Of a stretch of DNA of 64,000 bases, positions 42,847 through 52,943 are shown one piece after another. The notes below the pieces were generated by a model. That model made no database searches and was not told the DNA's origin. It saw only the letters and a program-made list of their open reading frames with translations. This DNA is from a bacterium (lineage in GTDB: Bacteria; UBA8248; JACPRG01; G963555815), in contig OZ244653.1 in the NCBI GenBank assembly GCA_965218795.1, positions 2,304,001-2,368,000 on the forward strand, read 5' to 3'. The translations under genes and the position numbers were made by a program. Every line of letters begins with the position of its first letter. Positions within the stretch are counted from its first letter, which is position 1.

Positions 42847-44220
42847 CTAACCCGCTTTGACTCCATGATCCAGCCGCTGCCGCAGGATGTCCCACCCGCG
42901 TAAAAGATCGACGGCCCGATCCATCTGAATGTCTCCGGTCTTCTCCATCGGCTTCCTCTCGCGGACACCGGGAGCGGCAACGCCCGGCGTGCTCTCCGGG
43001 TCGTCCTTTCCTTCCAGCGACCCCTTCAGGTCGCTTTCTCTCAACCTTCGACGGACATCGGCCTTGGGCTGGGCCGTGGGCTCGACGATGATGTCAGGCG
43101 TGATTCCGCGTCCCTGGATCTGTCGCCCGTTCGGCGTGTAATACAGTCCCGTGGTCATCCGTAATCCGGAGCCGTCGCTGAGCGGAAGGATGGTCTGGAC
43201 CGACCCCTTCCCGAAGGTCGGGGTCCCCGCAATCACCGCGCGTCCCAGATCCTGCAAGGCCCCGGCCACGATCTCAGAGGCGCTGGCGCTTCCCCCGTTG
43301 ACCAGCACCACAATAGGAATGTTGACGCCAAGGCTCCGTCCCCTCGAGTGAAACCGCATGTTCTGTTCGGATCTCCGTCCCTTGGTGTAGACCAGCAGGG
43401 ACCCTTCATCGACAAAGGAATCGGTGACCGCCACAGCGGCTGAGAGGAGTCCGCCGGGGTTGTTCCGGAGATCGAGGACCAGTCCTTTCAGCGAATGGGC
43501 GCCCAATGTCTCCAATCCCTTCTTCACATCCCGGCCCGTGTCCTGAATGAATTGGCTAATCTGGATGTAGCCGAACCCATCCCCCAACTTGCGATAGCTC
43601 ACACTCCCGATCTGGATGACCTCTCGAACGAGCGTGAACTTGCGCGGTTTCTTCCAGCCGGATCGCAATATCTCGATCGCCACTTCAGAACCGGGCTCGC
43701 CCCGCAGCTTTTGTACGGCGTTGAACAGCGTCATCCCCTTGGTGGTTTGGCCGTCCACAGTCACAATTCGATCGCCCGACTTGAGGCCGGCGCGCTGGGC
43801 GGGCGTGCCGTCAATGGGGGAAATAATGAGCAGGACGCCGTTTCGCATCGTGATCTCAATGCCGAGTCCCCCGAATTTGCCGCGGGTTTCAACCTGAGAC
43901 TCGCGGAACGCCTCGGGCGGCAGGTACGTCGTATGGGGATCCAGGGTTTGAAGCATTCCCCGGATGGCCCCTCGGATGAGTTGCTGGTTTCCGAGACCCT
44001 CCACATAATTCGACTTGAGAAGCGAAAGAACCTCGGCGAAGGTCTTGAGGTCTTCATATAAGGTCTTCGTCGGTTTTTCGTTGGACTGGTCCGTTGCGGG
44101 CTTCGTGTCTTGCGAGTCGGCGGGCCCGGAGACGCCCAAGACGATCCCTCCAACCAGGGCAAGGGACAGGATGAATGATGGCAGCCGGGCGGCTCTTGGG
44201 TTGGTCCTGGTCCAGCGCAT
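42847..44220 (-). CDS. ctpA: Carboxyl-terminal processing protease (S41A)
   Basis: LDPHT, PDZ GLGIEI, DLRNNPGG, SASASEIVAG, GKGSVQ. Confidence 0.94.
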   Translation of the reverse strand: MRWTRTNPRAARLPSFILSLALVGGIVLGVSGPADSQDTKPATDQSNEKPTKTLYEDLKTFAEVLSLLKSNYVEGLGNQQLIRGAIRGMLQTLDPHTTYLPPEAFRESQVETRGKFGGLGIEITMRNGVLLIISPIDGTPAQRAGLKSGDRIVTVDGQTTKGMTLFNAVQKLRGEPGSEVAIEILRSGWKKPRKFTLVREVIQIGSVSYRKLGDGFGYIQISQFIQDTGRDVKKGLETLGAHSLKGLVLDLRNNPGGLLSAAVAVTDSFVDEGSLLVYTKGRRSEQNMRFHSRGRSLGVNIPIVVLVNGGSASASEIVAGALQDLGRAVIAGTPTFGKGSVQTILPLSDGSGLRMTTGLYYTPNGRQIQGRGITPDIIVEPTAQPKADVRRRLRESDLKGSLEGKDDPESTPGVAAPGVRERKPMEKTGDIQMDRAVDLLRGWDILRQRLDHGVKAG

Positions 44221-44239
44221 TTTTTCTCCTTTCCGGCTA

Positions 44240-44795
44240 CTACGTTCGGACTTGGAGCCACCGCATGGGGTCCACCGGCTTGCCTGGATGGCGAAGCTCG
44301 AAATAGATGGCCGGCCGACCCAACATGCCGCCCTCTCCGACCCAAGCGATGGTCTGTCCTTCTTTGACCTTCTCACCCACCCGAACCGTTGGAATGGTCC
44401 GGTGAGCATAGAGCGAGTAAAAGCTTTTCCCATGATTCAGCACCAGAAGATTTCCGTACCCCCGCAGCCGGTCGGCAGGCATCACCATCCCGCCGCCGAC
44501 CGCCTGGACGGGTTCGCCCAGTTTGGTCGCCAACGTGACGCCCGTGTTCACGGCGAGACGGACTGGATTTCTGAATCGGATCGGACCGGCTGATGATTCG
44601 TCCAGCGACCGGCCATGGCAAAAGCCCTTTTCGCTCCGAGAAGGACTGGAGCCGGGCCTTGGCCCCCCCGGAGGACCATTGTTTCAAAAGCGCCTCCCAG
44701 GCGCCCGGTCGCCTGGCGAAGTTCGTCATATGCCTGCCGCTGGCGGTCCTTACGCTTTCGGATGGAAGCAAGAAAGGCCGCCTTCTTCCGGACCG
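44240..44795 (-). pseudogene. envC: EnvC/M23 murein-hydrolase activator, 3' remnant with frameshifts
   Basis: Segments in different frames: KKAAFLASIRKRKDRQRQAYDELRQATGRL / EALLKQW..KGLLPWPVAGRII / GYGNLLVLNHG..YSLYAH..YFELR..PVDPMRWL. Confidence 0.8.
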
Positions 44796-44802
44796 CGCGA
44801 AG

Positions 44803-44879
44803 CCGCGCCGCTGGGTCCCCGCCAAGAACAAGAACTCGCCGCGGCCGTAAGACCTGGAGACATTCTTCAAACGGATCAC
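44803..44879 (-). pseudogene. ftsE: FtsE-like ABC ATPase, 5' remnant
   Basis: MIRLKNVSRSYG-RGEFLFLAG then (frameshift) PSGA = start of the Walker A region; expected position upstream of envC-ctpA. Confidence 0.65.
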
Positions 44880-44943
44880 GTAGAAAGCTGTCCTCTGCGG
44901 ACCTTCAGAGAAACGAGCCCGGCATCTCCCCGATAATCAGCTG

Positions 44944-46323
44944 CTAGGGCGGATCGTTCTTCATGGTCCGGATCTTCTGGAGCAGGTTCTCCAGACGGTC
45001 GATGGCCTCTTCCTTGCCCGATGCAGGCTCGTCAGGCGCCGGCTCCTCCGGGCCATCGGGTCCGGCTGGGACCGAGGATATCTCGACGCCTCCTTGGGCG
45101 GGCGCATGATCCGGTTCTCGGTCTTCGACCGAAGTTTCTACTTCGAGATCGGGCTTCGCCCCCAGGTCCGAACCGATGTCCTCCACTCCGGACATCCATT
45201 CGGGTGACTCTTCAGACGGAGGCTCCTTGATTTCGGCGGGATCTTCCTTGGCGAGCGATTCTTTCTCCAACACCAGAAGGTCTTCCAGCTCCCCGGCAAG
45301 CCGGTCTTCCTCATCCGTGATTTCGGAAGACGATGCCGGTTCCTCCTCCGCTTCCGCCACAGAGAGGTCGGTGCCGGGACCGGCATCATCTCCCCTCTCT
45401 TCATCCCTCAGGTCCAACAGACCCAGGTCAACCAAAGCTTCTTCGTCCTCCGGACTTCCTTGCCCCGCCTGGCCCAAGGGCTTTTCTTCTGCGGCCGGAG
45501 GCTCCTCTTCTTTCTCCTCCTCAGCAATCAGCGAATCCACGGAAACTACGCTTTCTTCCATCTTTTCGCGAATCCCTTGAAGCTGAACGAGTTCCTCGAC
45601 CTTGTTTCTGATTTCGTCATCGTCCGGGCTGTCTTCCAAAATTTTCTTGTATGTGGCCAGCGCATCCCCGTGGCGCCCCTGTTCTTCGTACAACCTTGCA
45701 AGGGTGCGCGTATCCAATGGTTCCGATTCGTCCATATCCGCAAGCTCGGTGAATGGACTCTCCTCGGAAACGGTTTCCATCGGGGATTTGGCCGCCGATT
45801 CCTCCTCCGAGGGCGCTTCAACGGTGGCGGGAACCTCGTCTACAAACGTTTCATCGAGGGCTTCCGTCTCATCAGTTTCCGCCGGCGGAGCTTCCCCGGA
45901 CCCGGCTGCCGCTGCCATCTCATCCAGTCCGGCGAGAGATTTCAACGCCTCTTCATGGCCGGGAAACAACCAGAGGATCTCCTCAAATTGCTTCTTGGCC
46001 TCCGCCACGTTTGCGGCCTCCTGATACAGGTTGCCGAGGAGACGGCGAGCCAGGATGTTGCTTGGGGCCGCTTCAATCACGGCCTCCAATTCAGCCTGGG
46101 CCTCTTCGGTCTCGCCGCTTTCCATCAGGATGACGGCCAAAGCCATCCGGGCGCTCAGGTAATCCGGGTGGTGCTTCAATCCCTCGAGGCAAACTTGACG
46201 GGCTTGACCGTACTCCATGGCCCGCCGATAGGCATTGGCCAGAACGAGAAAACCAAAGCCTTCCGCGCCCGGCCGCTGAACCTCCTCGCCGGGTTCCTCT
46301 GCTTCCTTCTTCCCGCGCGCCAA
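44944..46323 (-). CDS. TPR protein with long acidic low-complexity linkers
   Basis: N-terminal TPRs (GLKHHPDYLSAR), TRTLARLYEEQG, C-terminal IDRLENLLQKI; TTG start preceded by GGAG. Confidence 0.8.
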   Translation of the reverse strand: MARGKKEAEEPGEEVQRPGAEGFGFLVLANAYRRAMEYGQARQVCLEGLKHHPDYLSARMALAVILMESGETEEAQAELEAVIEAAPSNILARRLLGNLYQEAANVAEAKKQFEEILWLFPGHEEALKSLAGLDEMAAAAGSGEAPPAETDETEALDETFVDEVPATVEAPSEEESAAKSPMETVSEESPFTELADMDESEPLDTRTLARLYEEQGRHGDALATYKKILEDSPDDDEIRNKVEELVQLQGIREKMEESVVSVDSLIAEEEKEEEPPAAEEKPLGQAGQGSPEDEEALVDLGLLDLRDEERGDDAGPGTDLSVAEAEEEPASSSEITDEEDRLAGELEDLLVLEKESLAKEDPAEIKEPPSEESPEWMSGVEDIGSDLGAKPDLEVETSVEDREPDHAPAQGGVEISSVPAGPDGPEEPAPDEPASGKEEAIDRLENLLQKIRTMKNDPP

Positions 46324-46598
46324 AAGTCGAACTCCTTCCCGCTGTTTGGTCAATATCTCAAATCGCAAGCAATAACTTATCAAACGGGTTTCACGGTTCG
46401 CAACATTTCTATTGCACTCCTTGGGTCCTTGGACGCAAATGGACCCGGACGAACTCGTCCGCTCAGGACGTCCCCACGGACCCCGGCAGGGCCTGATCGG
46501 ACTTGAAAAGAGGAAACCAACCCGATAAATTGACAATCGCCCTTTCGGCAGGAGGGTCCGTTGGGGTCCCTTCCCCATACTGTAAGGAGAAAACCTGG

Positions 46599-47653
46599 AT
46601 GGAGGCGCCATCGGATTCCAAAGGGAAGGCGTTGGAGAGTGCCTTCTCTCAAATCGAGAGGCAATTCGGTAAAGGCGCGATCATGCGATTGGGCGACGCC
46701 CCTCCCCTGAACAACATCCCCGCCATCTCCACGGGGTCAATATCCCTGGACGCGGCCTTGGGAATCGGAGGGGTTCCCAGGGGCCGAATCGTTGAGATTT
46801 ACGGTCCTGAATCTTCCGGCAAGACCACCCTCGCTCTCCATATCGTGGCTGAAGCTCAAAAACAGGGCGGCATCACCGGATTCGTTGACGCCGAACACGC
46901 CCTGGACCCCCGCTACGCGGAAAGCTGGGGGTCATCACCGATGATCTGGTGATCAGCCAGCCCGACTCGGGAGAACAAGCCTTGGAGATTACCGAGGTAC
47001 TGGTACGAAGCAGCGCCCTAGACCTCGTGGTGGTGGATTCAGTGGCCGCACTGGTCCCGAAGGCTGAGCTCAGCGGCGATATGGGAGATTCCCATATGGG
47101 CCTGCAGGCACGCCTGATGTCTCAGGCTTTGCGGAAGCTGACAGGTGTAATCAGCAAGTCAAACACCTGCGTCATCTTCATCAATCAGATCCGGATGAAA
47201 ATCGGGGTGATGTTCGGCAATCCGGAAACCACGCCCGGCGGAAACGCTTTGAAATTCTACTCTTCGATTCGGATGGACATCCGGCGCATCTCGGCGATCA
47301 AAGAGGGGGGTGAGGTGATCGGAAACCGGACGCGCGTCCGGGTCGTCAAGAATAAAATGGCCGCCCCTTTCCGTCAGGCGGAATTCGATATTGTCTACAA
47401 CCAGGGAATCTCCAAGGCGGGCGATCTGTTGGACTTGGCAACAGAGATGGACCTGATCAAAAAAAGCGGTGCCTGGTTTTCCTATGAAAATGAGCGCATC
47501 GGCCAAGGCCGGGAGAATGCCCGGCGATTTCTGGAAAAGAACCCCGACGTCATGGAAACCCTCGAATCGAAAGTCCGGGAGAGCCTGGACCAGGCCGCTT
47601 CCGGCGTTCCCGTCGCGGGAGACGACCCGGACGCCGAAGATCCCGATGAGTAA
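46599..47653 (+). pseudogene. recA: Recombinase RecA, split by a single-base deletion at ~46922
   Basis: GPESSGKT and DAEHALD in one frame, [22 protein letters not shown] in another; adding one A restores [17 protein letters not shown]. Confidence 0.93.
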
Positions 47654-48278
47654 GGACCGGAAGCCAAGGGTCATGGCTCCCACACACCCTGACCAACGAC
47701 ACCGAAAGCCCTCCCCTTCCGAATCCCCTGCCTCGGGACGCGGGCCTGCCGACACCGTTGAATCCGCCAAATCGGATGCCTATCGGCTTCTCGCCCGGCG
47801 GCCGCGCACCCGAAAAGATGTCCGCACCCGGCTCGAGCAACGCGGCCATCCCGAGGAAGCGGTCCGGATCTCCCTGAACGACCTGTCCGAACTGGGCTAT
47901 GTGGACGATCTCGGTTTTTCTCGGGAGTGGTGCCGTCAGCGAATGGAATCTCGGCCTCTCGGTGCACGGGGCCTTCGCCGGGAGCTCGTCCAGAAAGGCG
48001 TAGCTCCCTCCATCGCGGAAGAAGCCATTGAAGAGATATTTGCGGTCGAGAACGAGGGCCTCATCGCAAGACGTCTGATCCTGGCACGTCTCGAGAAGGG
48101 GCATCAGATGACGTCTCCGAAAGATATTCGCCGGATGAAAGGTTTTCTTGTCCGTCGCGGTTTCTCTCCGGATACCGTGCACTGGGCCCTCTCGGCAGCA
48201 GCGGATGAATCGGTCGAGACCCCCTCCATGAGAGAATGGGGCGAGGCTTCCGAGACCGAGGTTCTTCACGAATTCTGA
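47646..48278 (+). CDS. recX: Regulatory protein RecX
   Basis: [29 protein letters not shown]; overlaps the recA stop. Confidence 0.9.
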   Translation: MSKDRKPRVMAPTHPDQRHRKPSPSESPASGRGPADTVESAKSDAYRLLARRPRTRKDVRTRLEQRGHPEEAVRISLNDLSELGYVDDLGFSREWCRQRMESRPLGARGLRRELVQKGVAPSIAEEAIEEIFAVENEGLIARRLILARLEKGHQMTSPKDIRRMKGFLVRRGFSPDTVHWALSAAADESVETPSMREWGEASETEVLHEF

Positions 48279-48685
48279 GTTCCTCCCATTCTAAGGTTCT
48301 CAAATCCGGCCAAGACGGAAATAAATGGAGGTTTCGGACGATCGCGATCCTTTCTTTCCTGATCCTCGCACTCACGGCCGCAGCGCCTCTCGCCGCCGGC
48401 ACCGGAACCATTCCCCGAAGCGAAGCGGTCTCTCCTGAACAATCCACCCAAACGCCCCAAGTATCCGTTGCCCCTGGCTCACACTTGTTCCTTGAAGAAC
48501 AAATGGCCCGCGACGGTAACGCTCGGGGGGCGGACATTCAGGTCGAGCGGGTGATCCGCAACAAAGACCGGGGGCATTTTGACCGGCGGGTTCAGCAGAT
48601 GGGGTTTCGGTCGGCCAAAGAAGTCATCAACAGAGATCAGACACTGAAGCAAACCCTTCCCCGAAACCCAGGCACCCGTCCATGA
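48236..48685 (+). CDS. Hypothetical protein, possibly exported
   Basis: Signal-peptide-like stretch RFRTIAILSFLILALTAAAPLAAG; start unclear. Confidence 0.4.
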   Translation: MGRGFRDRGSSRILSSSHSKVLKSGQDGNKWRFRTIAILSFLILALTAAAPLAAGTGTIPRSEAVSPEQSTQTPQVSVAPGSHLFLEEQMARDGNARGADIQVERVIRNKDRGHFDRRVQQMGFRSAKEVINRDQTLKQTLPRNPGTRP

Positions 48686-48761
48686 AGACAAACCATTCCG
48701 CTGATCAGGCTCGTCCCCGCCGGCGGCTGGCAGGCCGGAAGCGACCGCTCAGAGCAACCGA

Positions 48762-49250
48762 TTGAGATTATCCGGTCCGACATCACCGCATTCCTCCGCC
48801 CTGGGGCCCCTCCCCAAAACCCTGAGAACGCCACCCTGGGAAATCCGGCGAATCGGAGGCGACAGGATACCGTTGGCGTGGCTGAAGCACCCATCGGGGA
48901 TATATGTTCTCGAATTACAATTGAGTCGGAAGATTCATCTCAAGGCCGGCGCCCTCCAAAGGCGGACCCTCCTTCCGGGTCGATACTTTTACGTCGGACG
49001 GGCGATGCGTGGATTGGCGGCGCGCCTGAAGCGGCATCAGGTCAGGGCGAAGATCTCACCCCGCTGGCACATTGACTACCTCCGGGCCCGGACCCGCTTC
49101 GTCGCCGTGCATGTGCACCCCACCGACGATTCGAGCCTGGAGTGTGAAACGGCAGGAGGCTTGTTGACCGATTCCGGACGAATTCCGATCCCCCGCTTTG
49201 GCGCCTCGGACTGCAAGTGCCCTACTCACCTCATCTATTTTCCCCGCTAA
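48762..49250 (+). CDS. DUF123 / GIY-YIG (Uri) nuclease
   Basis: GIYVL..YFYVGRA..RLKRH..WHIDYL..FGASDCKCPTHL; true start probably further downstream. Confidence 0.85.
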   Translation: MRLSGPTSPHSSALGPLPKTLRTPPWEIRRIGGDRIPLAWLKHPSGIYVLELQLSRKIHLKAGALQRRTLLPGRYFYVGRAMRGLAARLKRHQVRAKISPRWHIDYLRARTRFVAVHVHPTDDSSLECETAGGLLTDSGRIPIPRFGASDCKCPTHLIYFPR

Positions 49251-49428
49251 GGATATTGTTCGTGTCCGCCCTGGGTCTTGCAGACCTCATCCACCCCCGT
49301 CCGCTCAATCTTCCTTTGCTATCCCCTTGAGAACGGTTCACACTGTACAATCGGTTTTCCCGCGTGAGTGTCTGCGAAAGCAGCGTCCAGTCTGATTGAA
49401 ATCTCGAATGCCGAGGAGGATATGGGCC

Positions 49429-50745
49429 ATGACGGGCTCTCTGGCGGTTCGCGGCGCGACCTTGGTGACGATGGAGCCCGAAATCGGTGTGATACCGGAC
49501 GGACTGCTGGTCATCGAGGATGATCGGATTGTGGAGGTAGAGAAAAACACCGGCCGGGATCCTCAAGCCGATGAATTGATCGACGGCGGCGGTCTCGTCG
49601 TCCTGCCCGGCTTCGTGAACGCTCATGCCCATACCCGCCCCGTTCGCGGACTCGGTGATGAGCTCCCCGTACCCGAATGGCACCTCCGCTACGCCGACGG
49701 CGTCAGCGTTCTCATGGATGACGAAGACTCCCGCAAGGGAGCCCGCCTGGCGTTCGCTGAATGCCTCCTGGCCGGGTATACCACGGCCATGGCCATGCCG
49801 GTGAAACCCCAAGGCTGTTTCCGGGGGGCGGTCGAGATTGGCATTCGGGCCGGGGTGGCTCCGCATACGGCGGACCAGCCGCTGATTGAAGGTTCCTGTG
49901 ACACCATCGAGGACAATGACCGCCTCATCGAGGAGTGCGGAACATCCCCGGATGAACGGGTCCATTCCTGGTTGGGGTTCGACGTTCTGGCGGGGTGCAG
50001 CGATTCCATGATGCGCGGAATGCGCGAGCGCGCCGATCAGTTCCGTGTCCGCATCCACGGTCACATGAGCGAGCACCAGGGGGAGGTCGACTACGCATTG
50101 GAGCGATGGGGCACACGGCCCCCCCCAGCCATGGAGGAAGCCGGGCTTCTCGGACCGGACGTCCTGCTGGCGCATTGCGTGAAGATCAATCGCGACGATA
50201 TCGAGTTGCTCGCCCGGACGGGAACGAATGTGGTCCACAACCCCATCACCAACATGAAATTCGGCAGCGGGGGCGCGCCGGTCCCGGCGCTGTTGGAAGC
50301 AGGTGTGACCGTGGCGCTCGGGACGGACGGGCTGTTGTCCACGTATCGGCTCGATCCCTTTGAGACCATGCGCCAGGCCCTGAACCTGCAGCGCCTGCTG
50401 GCGGAGGACGCAGCCGCGCTGCCGACCTTCAAAGCGATGGAAATGGCCACCATCCATGGGAACCGGGCCCTGGGCAACGACGGCGGGCGTCTGCATCCGG
50501 GATTCAAGGCGGACCTGACCATGATTGACATGCGGAAGCCGCACCTCACACCCAGCGCTGTCGGGGACCACGATAACCTCATTGCGCGGCTGGTCTGGTC
50601 GGCGTGCGCCGCGGACGTGGACACGGTCATTGTCGATGGGTCCGTGGTGGTGAGAAACCGCAAACTCACGCGGGTGGATGAAGAGCTGGTTCGGCGGGAG
50701 GCCCAGATGGCCTCGGACCGTCTCCTGGCACAATTGAAGACCTGA
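49429..50745 (+). CDS. Metal-dependent amidohydrolase (MtaD/AtzA-like)
   Basis: PGFVNAHAH, HGHMSE, LAHCV, HNPITNMK, LGTDG. Confidence 0.9.
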   Translation: MTGSLAVRGATLVTMEPEIGVIPDGLLVIEDDRIVEVEKNTGRDPQADELIDGGGLVVLPGFVNAHAHTRPVRGLGDELPVPEWHLRYADGVSVLMDDEDSRKGARLAFAECLLAGYTTAMAMPVKPQGCFRGAVEIGIRAGVAPHTADQPLIEGSCDTIEDNDRLIEECGTSPDERVHSWLGFDVLAGCSDSMMRGMRERADQFRVRIHGHMSEHQGEVDYALERWGTRPPPAMEEAGLLGPDVLLAHCVKINRDDIELLARTGTNVVHNPITNMKFGSGGAPVPALLEAGVTVALGTDGLLSTYRLDPFETMRQALNLQRLLAEDAAALPTFKAMEMATIHGNRALGNDGGRLHPGFKADLTMIDMRKPHLTPSAVGDHDNLIARLVWSACAADVDTVIVDGSVVVRNRKLTRVDEELVRREAQMASDRLLAQLKT

Positions 50746-50796
50746 TCGTCGGCCGGTCGACGGCATGACCGCGGGTTTCAAGATCGACGATCCGGA

Positions 50797-51490
50797 TCAG
50801 GCGTCCTCCCTGCTCATACTCAACACGGGCGCCTGCCCCGGAAGACCCTGAAAGACATGAAGCATGAATGCGGACGAGACAATGGGGGCAAGGAGGTTGA
50901 CAAAGGGTACGGCGAACCACAGGGCGATGGAAACAACCGGCCAAAAGGGTGCGAAGTCTGAATCGCCCGCGAAGCTGACGCAAATCGCGGGCGTCCATCC
51001 GCCGAATGGCAACGAGTTCAAAATATTCACGTCCCAACAGGATGGCGTTCACGAGGAAGGACAACGGAACGCCCACGGCCGGGAAAAAATAAAGCGGCAC
51101 GATGAGCAGTTGAAGGATGACGGTCATCCCGGTCAGTTTGGCGGAGATGGCCAGGACTTCCATGAGGGGCTGACTGCGCGGGGCGGGAAGATCCGGGTAG
51201 TGCCGGGCCTCGACCCAGCGGAGAATCTTTTCGAGAAAAATTGTCATGACCAGTGTGACCACGGCCGGAAACAGCATCCAGGTGAGCAGAAGGACCGCGA
51301 GGCCGCCCAGCACGTCGATGATCCGGTCGATCCAAACCGTTTCAAACAATGAAATTTGAAATAATCCCCACCATACCAGCGCATAGAGGGTGATCAACAC
51401 CACAATGGTCAGGCACAAGCTGCGCCAGATGACGCTCCAACTCGTCCGGTCCTTGAGGATGGCAATGGCTCGAAGGCCTGCTACGAACAT
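50797..51490 (-). pseudogene. EI24/CysZ-like membrane protein with a frameshift near 50936
   Basis: VEARHYP, NAILLGREYFELVA; conserved tail VPFVNLLAPI lies in another frame. Confidence 0.72.
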
Positions 51491-51597
51491 TCCACGCTAC
51501 GCTCCGGGACAGCCGTTGTGACCCGACCTGCCGGCAGAGACAAAAACTTCAAGGGCAGGCCGATTTCACGCTGCCCCTCTCACCATGGAAGAGTGAT

Positions 51598-52872
51598 ATG
51601 ACCAACCGCTGGGTCATCGCAATATCCGCGGGGCTGGTCAGTATGTTCGGGTTCGCGAGCCGCGGCGTGTTCGGCGTCTTTTACGTCCAGATGCTGAGGG
51701 AGTTTCCCTGGGATCGCGCCAGCCTGGCCGGGGCCTATTCCCTCGGCATGCTTCTCATGGGTTTTGGCGGACCTGTCGCCGGAGCCCTCTCCCGCCGCTT
51801 CGGCCTGAAGCGATTTTACCTGTTCAGCGCGGTTCTTGTCGGCCTGACCTACCTCCTGACGAGCCGTATCCAGACCTTGGCGCAAGTGTACCTGACTTTT
51901 GGTCTGCTCGGGGGTCTCTCCCTGGCGGCGCTCGGGTTCGGCCCCTCACAAGGTTTGGCCGCAAGATGGTTCCAATCCAAAAGGGGCCTGGCTATCGGGA
52001 TTGTCGGCGCAGGCGCGGGGATGTACCCGCTCCTGGCCCCCTTCGCCCAATTTCTCGTGGACGCCCTGGGCTGGCGCGGCGGTCTGGTCGTTCTCGGGTT
52101 ACTGTTTTTCGTTGTCGTTGCGGTCCTCGGGACGCTGGGGCTTCGTGAGCCGCCCGAAAACATCGACGCCCCCGACTCCGGTTCCGTTGAGGAGAATCCC
52201 CAGGCGCCCCGGGGTGTTCCATGGACTCTCCGGCAGTCGCTGAAGACATCGCCCATCTGGTTGATTACCCTCGCCTGGTTTTGCCTGGCCAACGCGATTC
52301 ACTTCATCAACGCCCATCTCGTGGTCCTGCTCATTGAGATCGGCTATTCGGCTATGCTGGCCGCCGGGGTCATCGCGATCATCGGTGTGTTTTCCGTGGT
52401 CTGCCGCGTCTTGGGCGGCTCGTTGTCCGATTATTTTGGTCGGGTGCGAACGTACGTTGGCGGAGCGACGACCTCGGCCATCGCGCTGTTGGTCCTCTTT
52501 TACCTCCTCATGATCGACCGGGAAGGATCAGGGGCGTGGATAGGGGGATGGGTGTACGGCTTTGCGGTGCTCTTCGGGATCGGCACCGGAGCCCAGACGA
52601 CCCAATTGACAGCGCTGGCGTCGGATATGTACCTGGGTCCGTCATTTGCCAGCATCGTCGGATTCCTCACCATTGGTTTCGGCCTGGGCGGCGCGCTGGG
52701 CCCGTGGCTTGGGGGACTCATCTATGAACGAACCGGGAGTTACGAGGTGATGATCCTCTATGTGATCTTCGCCCTCGTCTGTTCCTCGGTCAGCCTGGCC
52801 GCGGCAGGGCGAAGGGTTCGGTCCTACCGGGAATCCCTCGTCCTGGCCGGGGGTTCCCGGAGGATCCGATGA
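51598..52872 (+). CDS. MFS transporter (OFA-like)
   Basis: About 12 TM segments; WFQSKRGLAIG, GSLSDYFGR. Confidence 0.92.
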   Translation: MTNRWVIAISAGLVSMFGFASRGVFGVFYVQMLREFPWDRASLAGAYSLGMLLMGFGGPVAGALSRRFGLKRFYLFSAVLVGLTYLLTSRIQTLAQVYLTFGLLGGLSLAALGFGPSQGLAARWFQSKRGLAIGIVGAGAGMYPLLAPFAQFLVDALGWRGGLVVLGLLFFVVVAVLGTLGLREPPENIDAPDSGSVEENPQAPRGVPWTLRQSLKTSPIWLITLAWFCLANAIHFINAHLVVLLIEIGYSAMLAAGVIAIIGVFSVVCRVLGGSLSDYFGRVRTYVGGATTSAIALLVLFYLLMIDREGSGAWIGGWVYGFAVLFGIGTGAQTTQLTALASDMYLGPSFASIVGFLTIGFGLGGALGPWLGGLIYERTGSYEVMILYVIFALVCSSVSLAAAGRRVRSYRESLVLAGGSRRIR

Positions 52873-52943
52873 CGCTCCCCCGACCGCTATTCCGATCTCA
52901 TGCTGGCCGAGCGCCAGCCGTCGGACAGGAGTCCAAAACGGGC

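Noticed and set aside
46324-46598. LexA box upstream of recA
   Set aside because: No convincing match to the LexA motifs I know.
46915-46930. Programmed -1 frameshift in recA
   Set aside because: No X XXY YYZ slippery heptamer or long homopolymer, and recoding is not known for recA.
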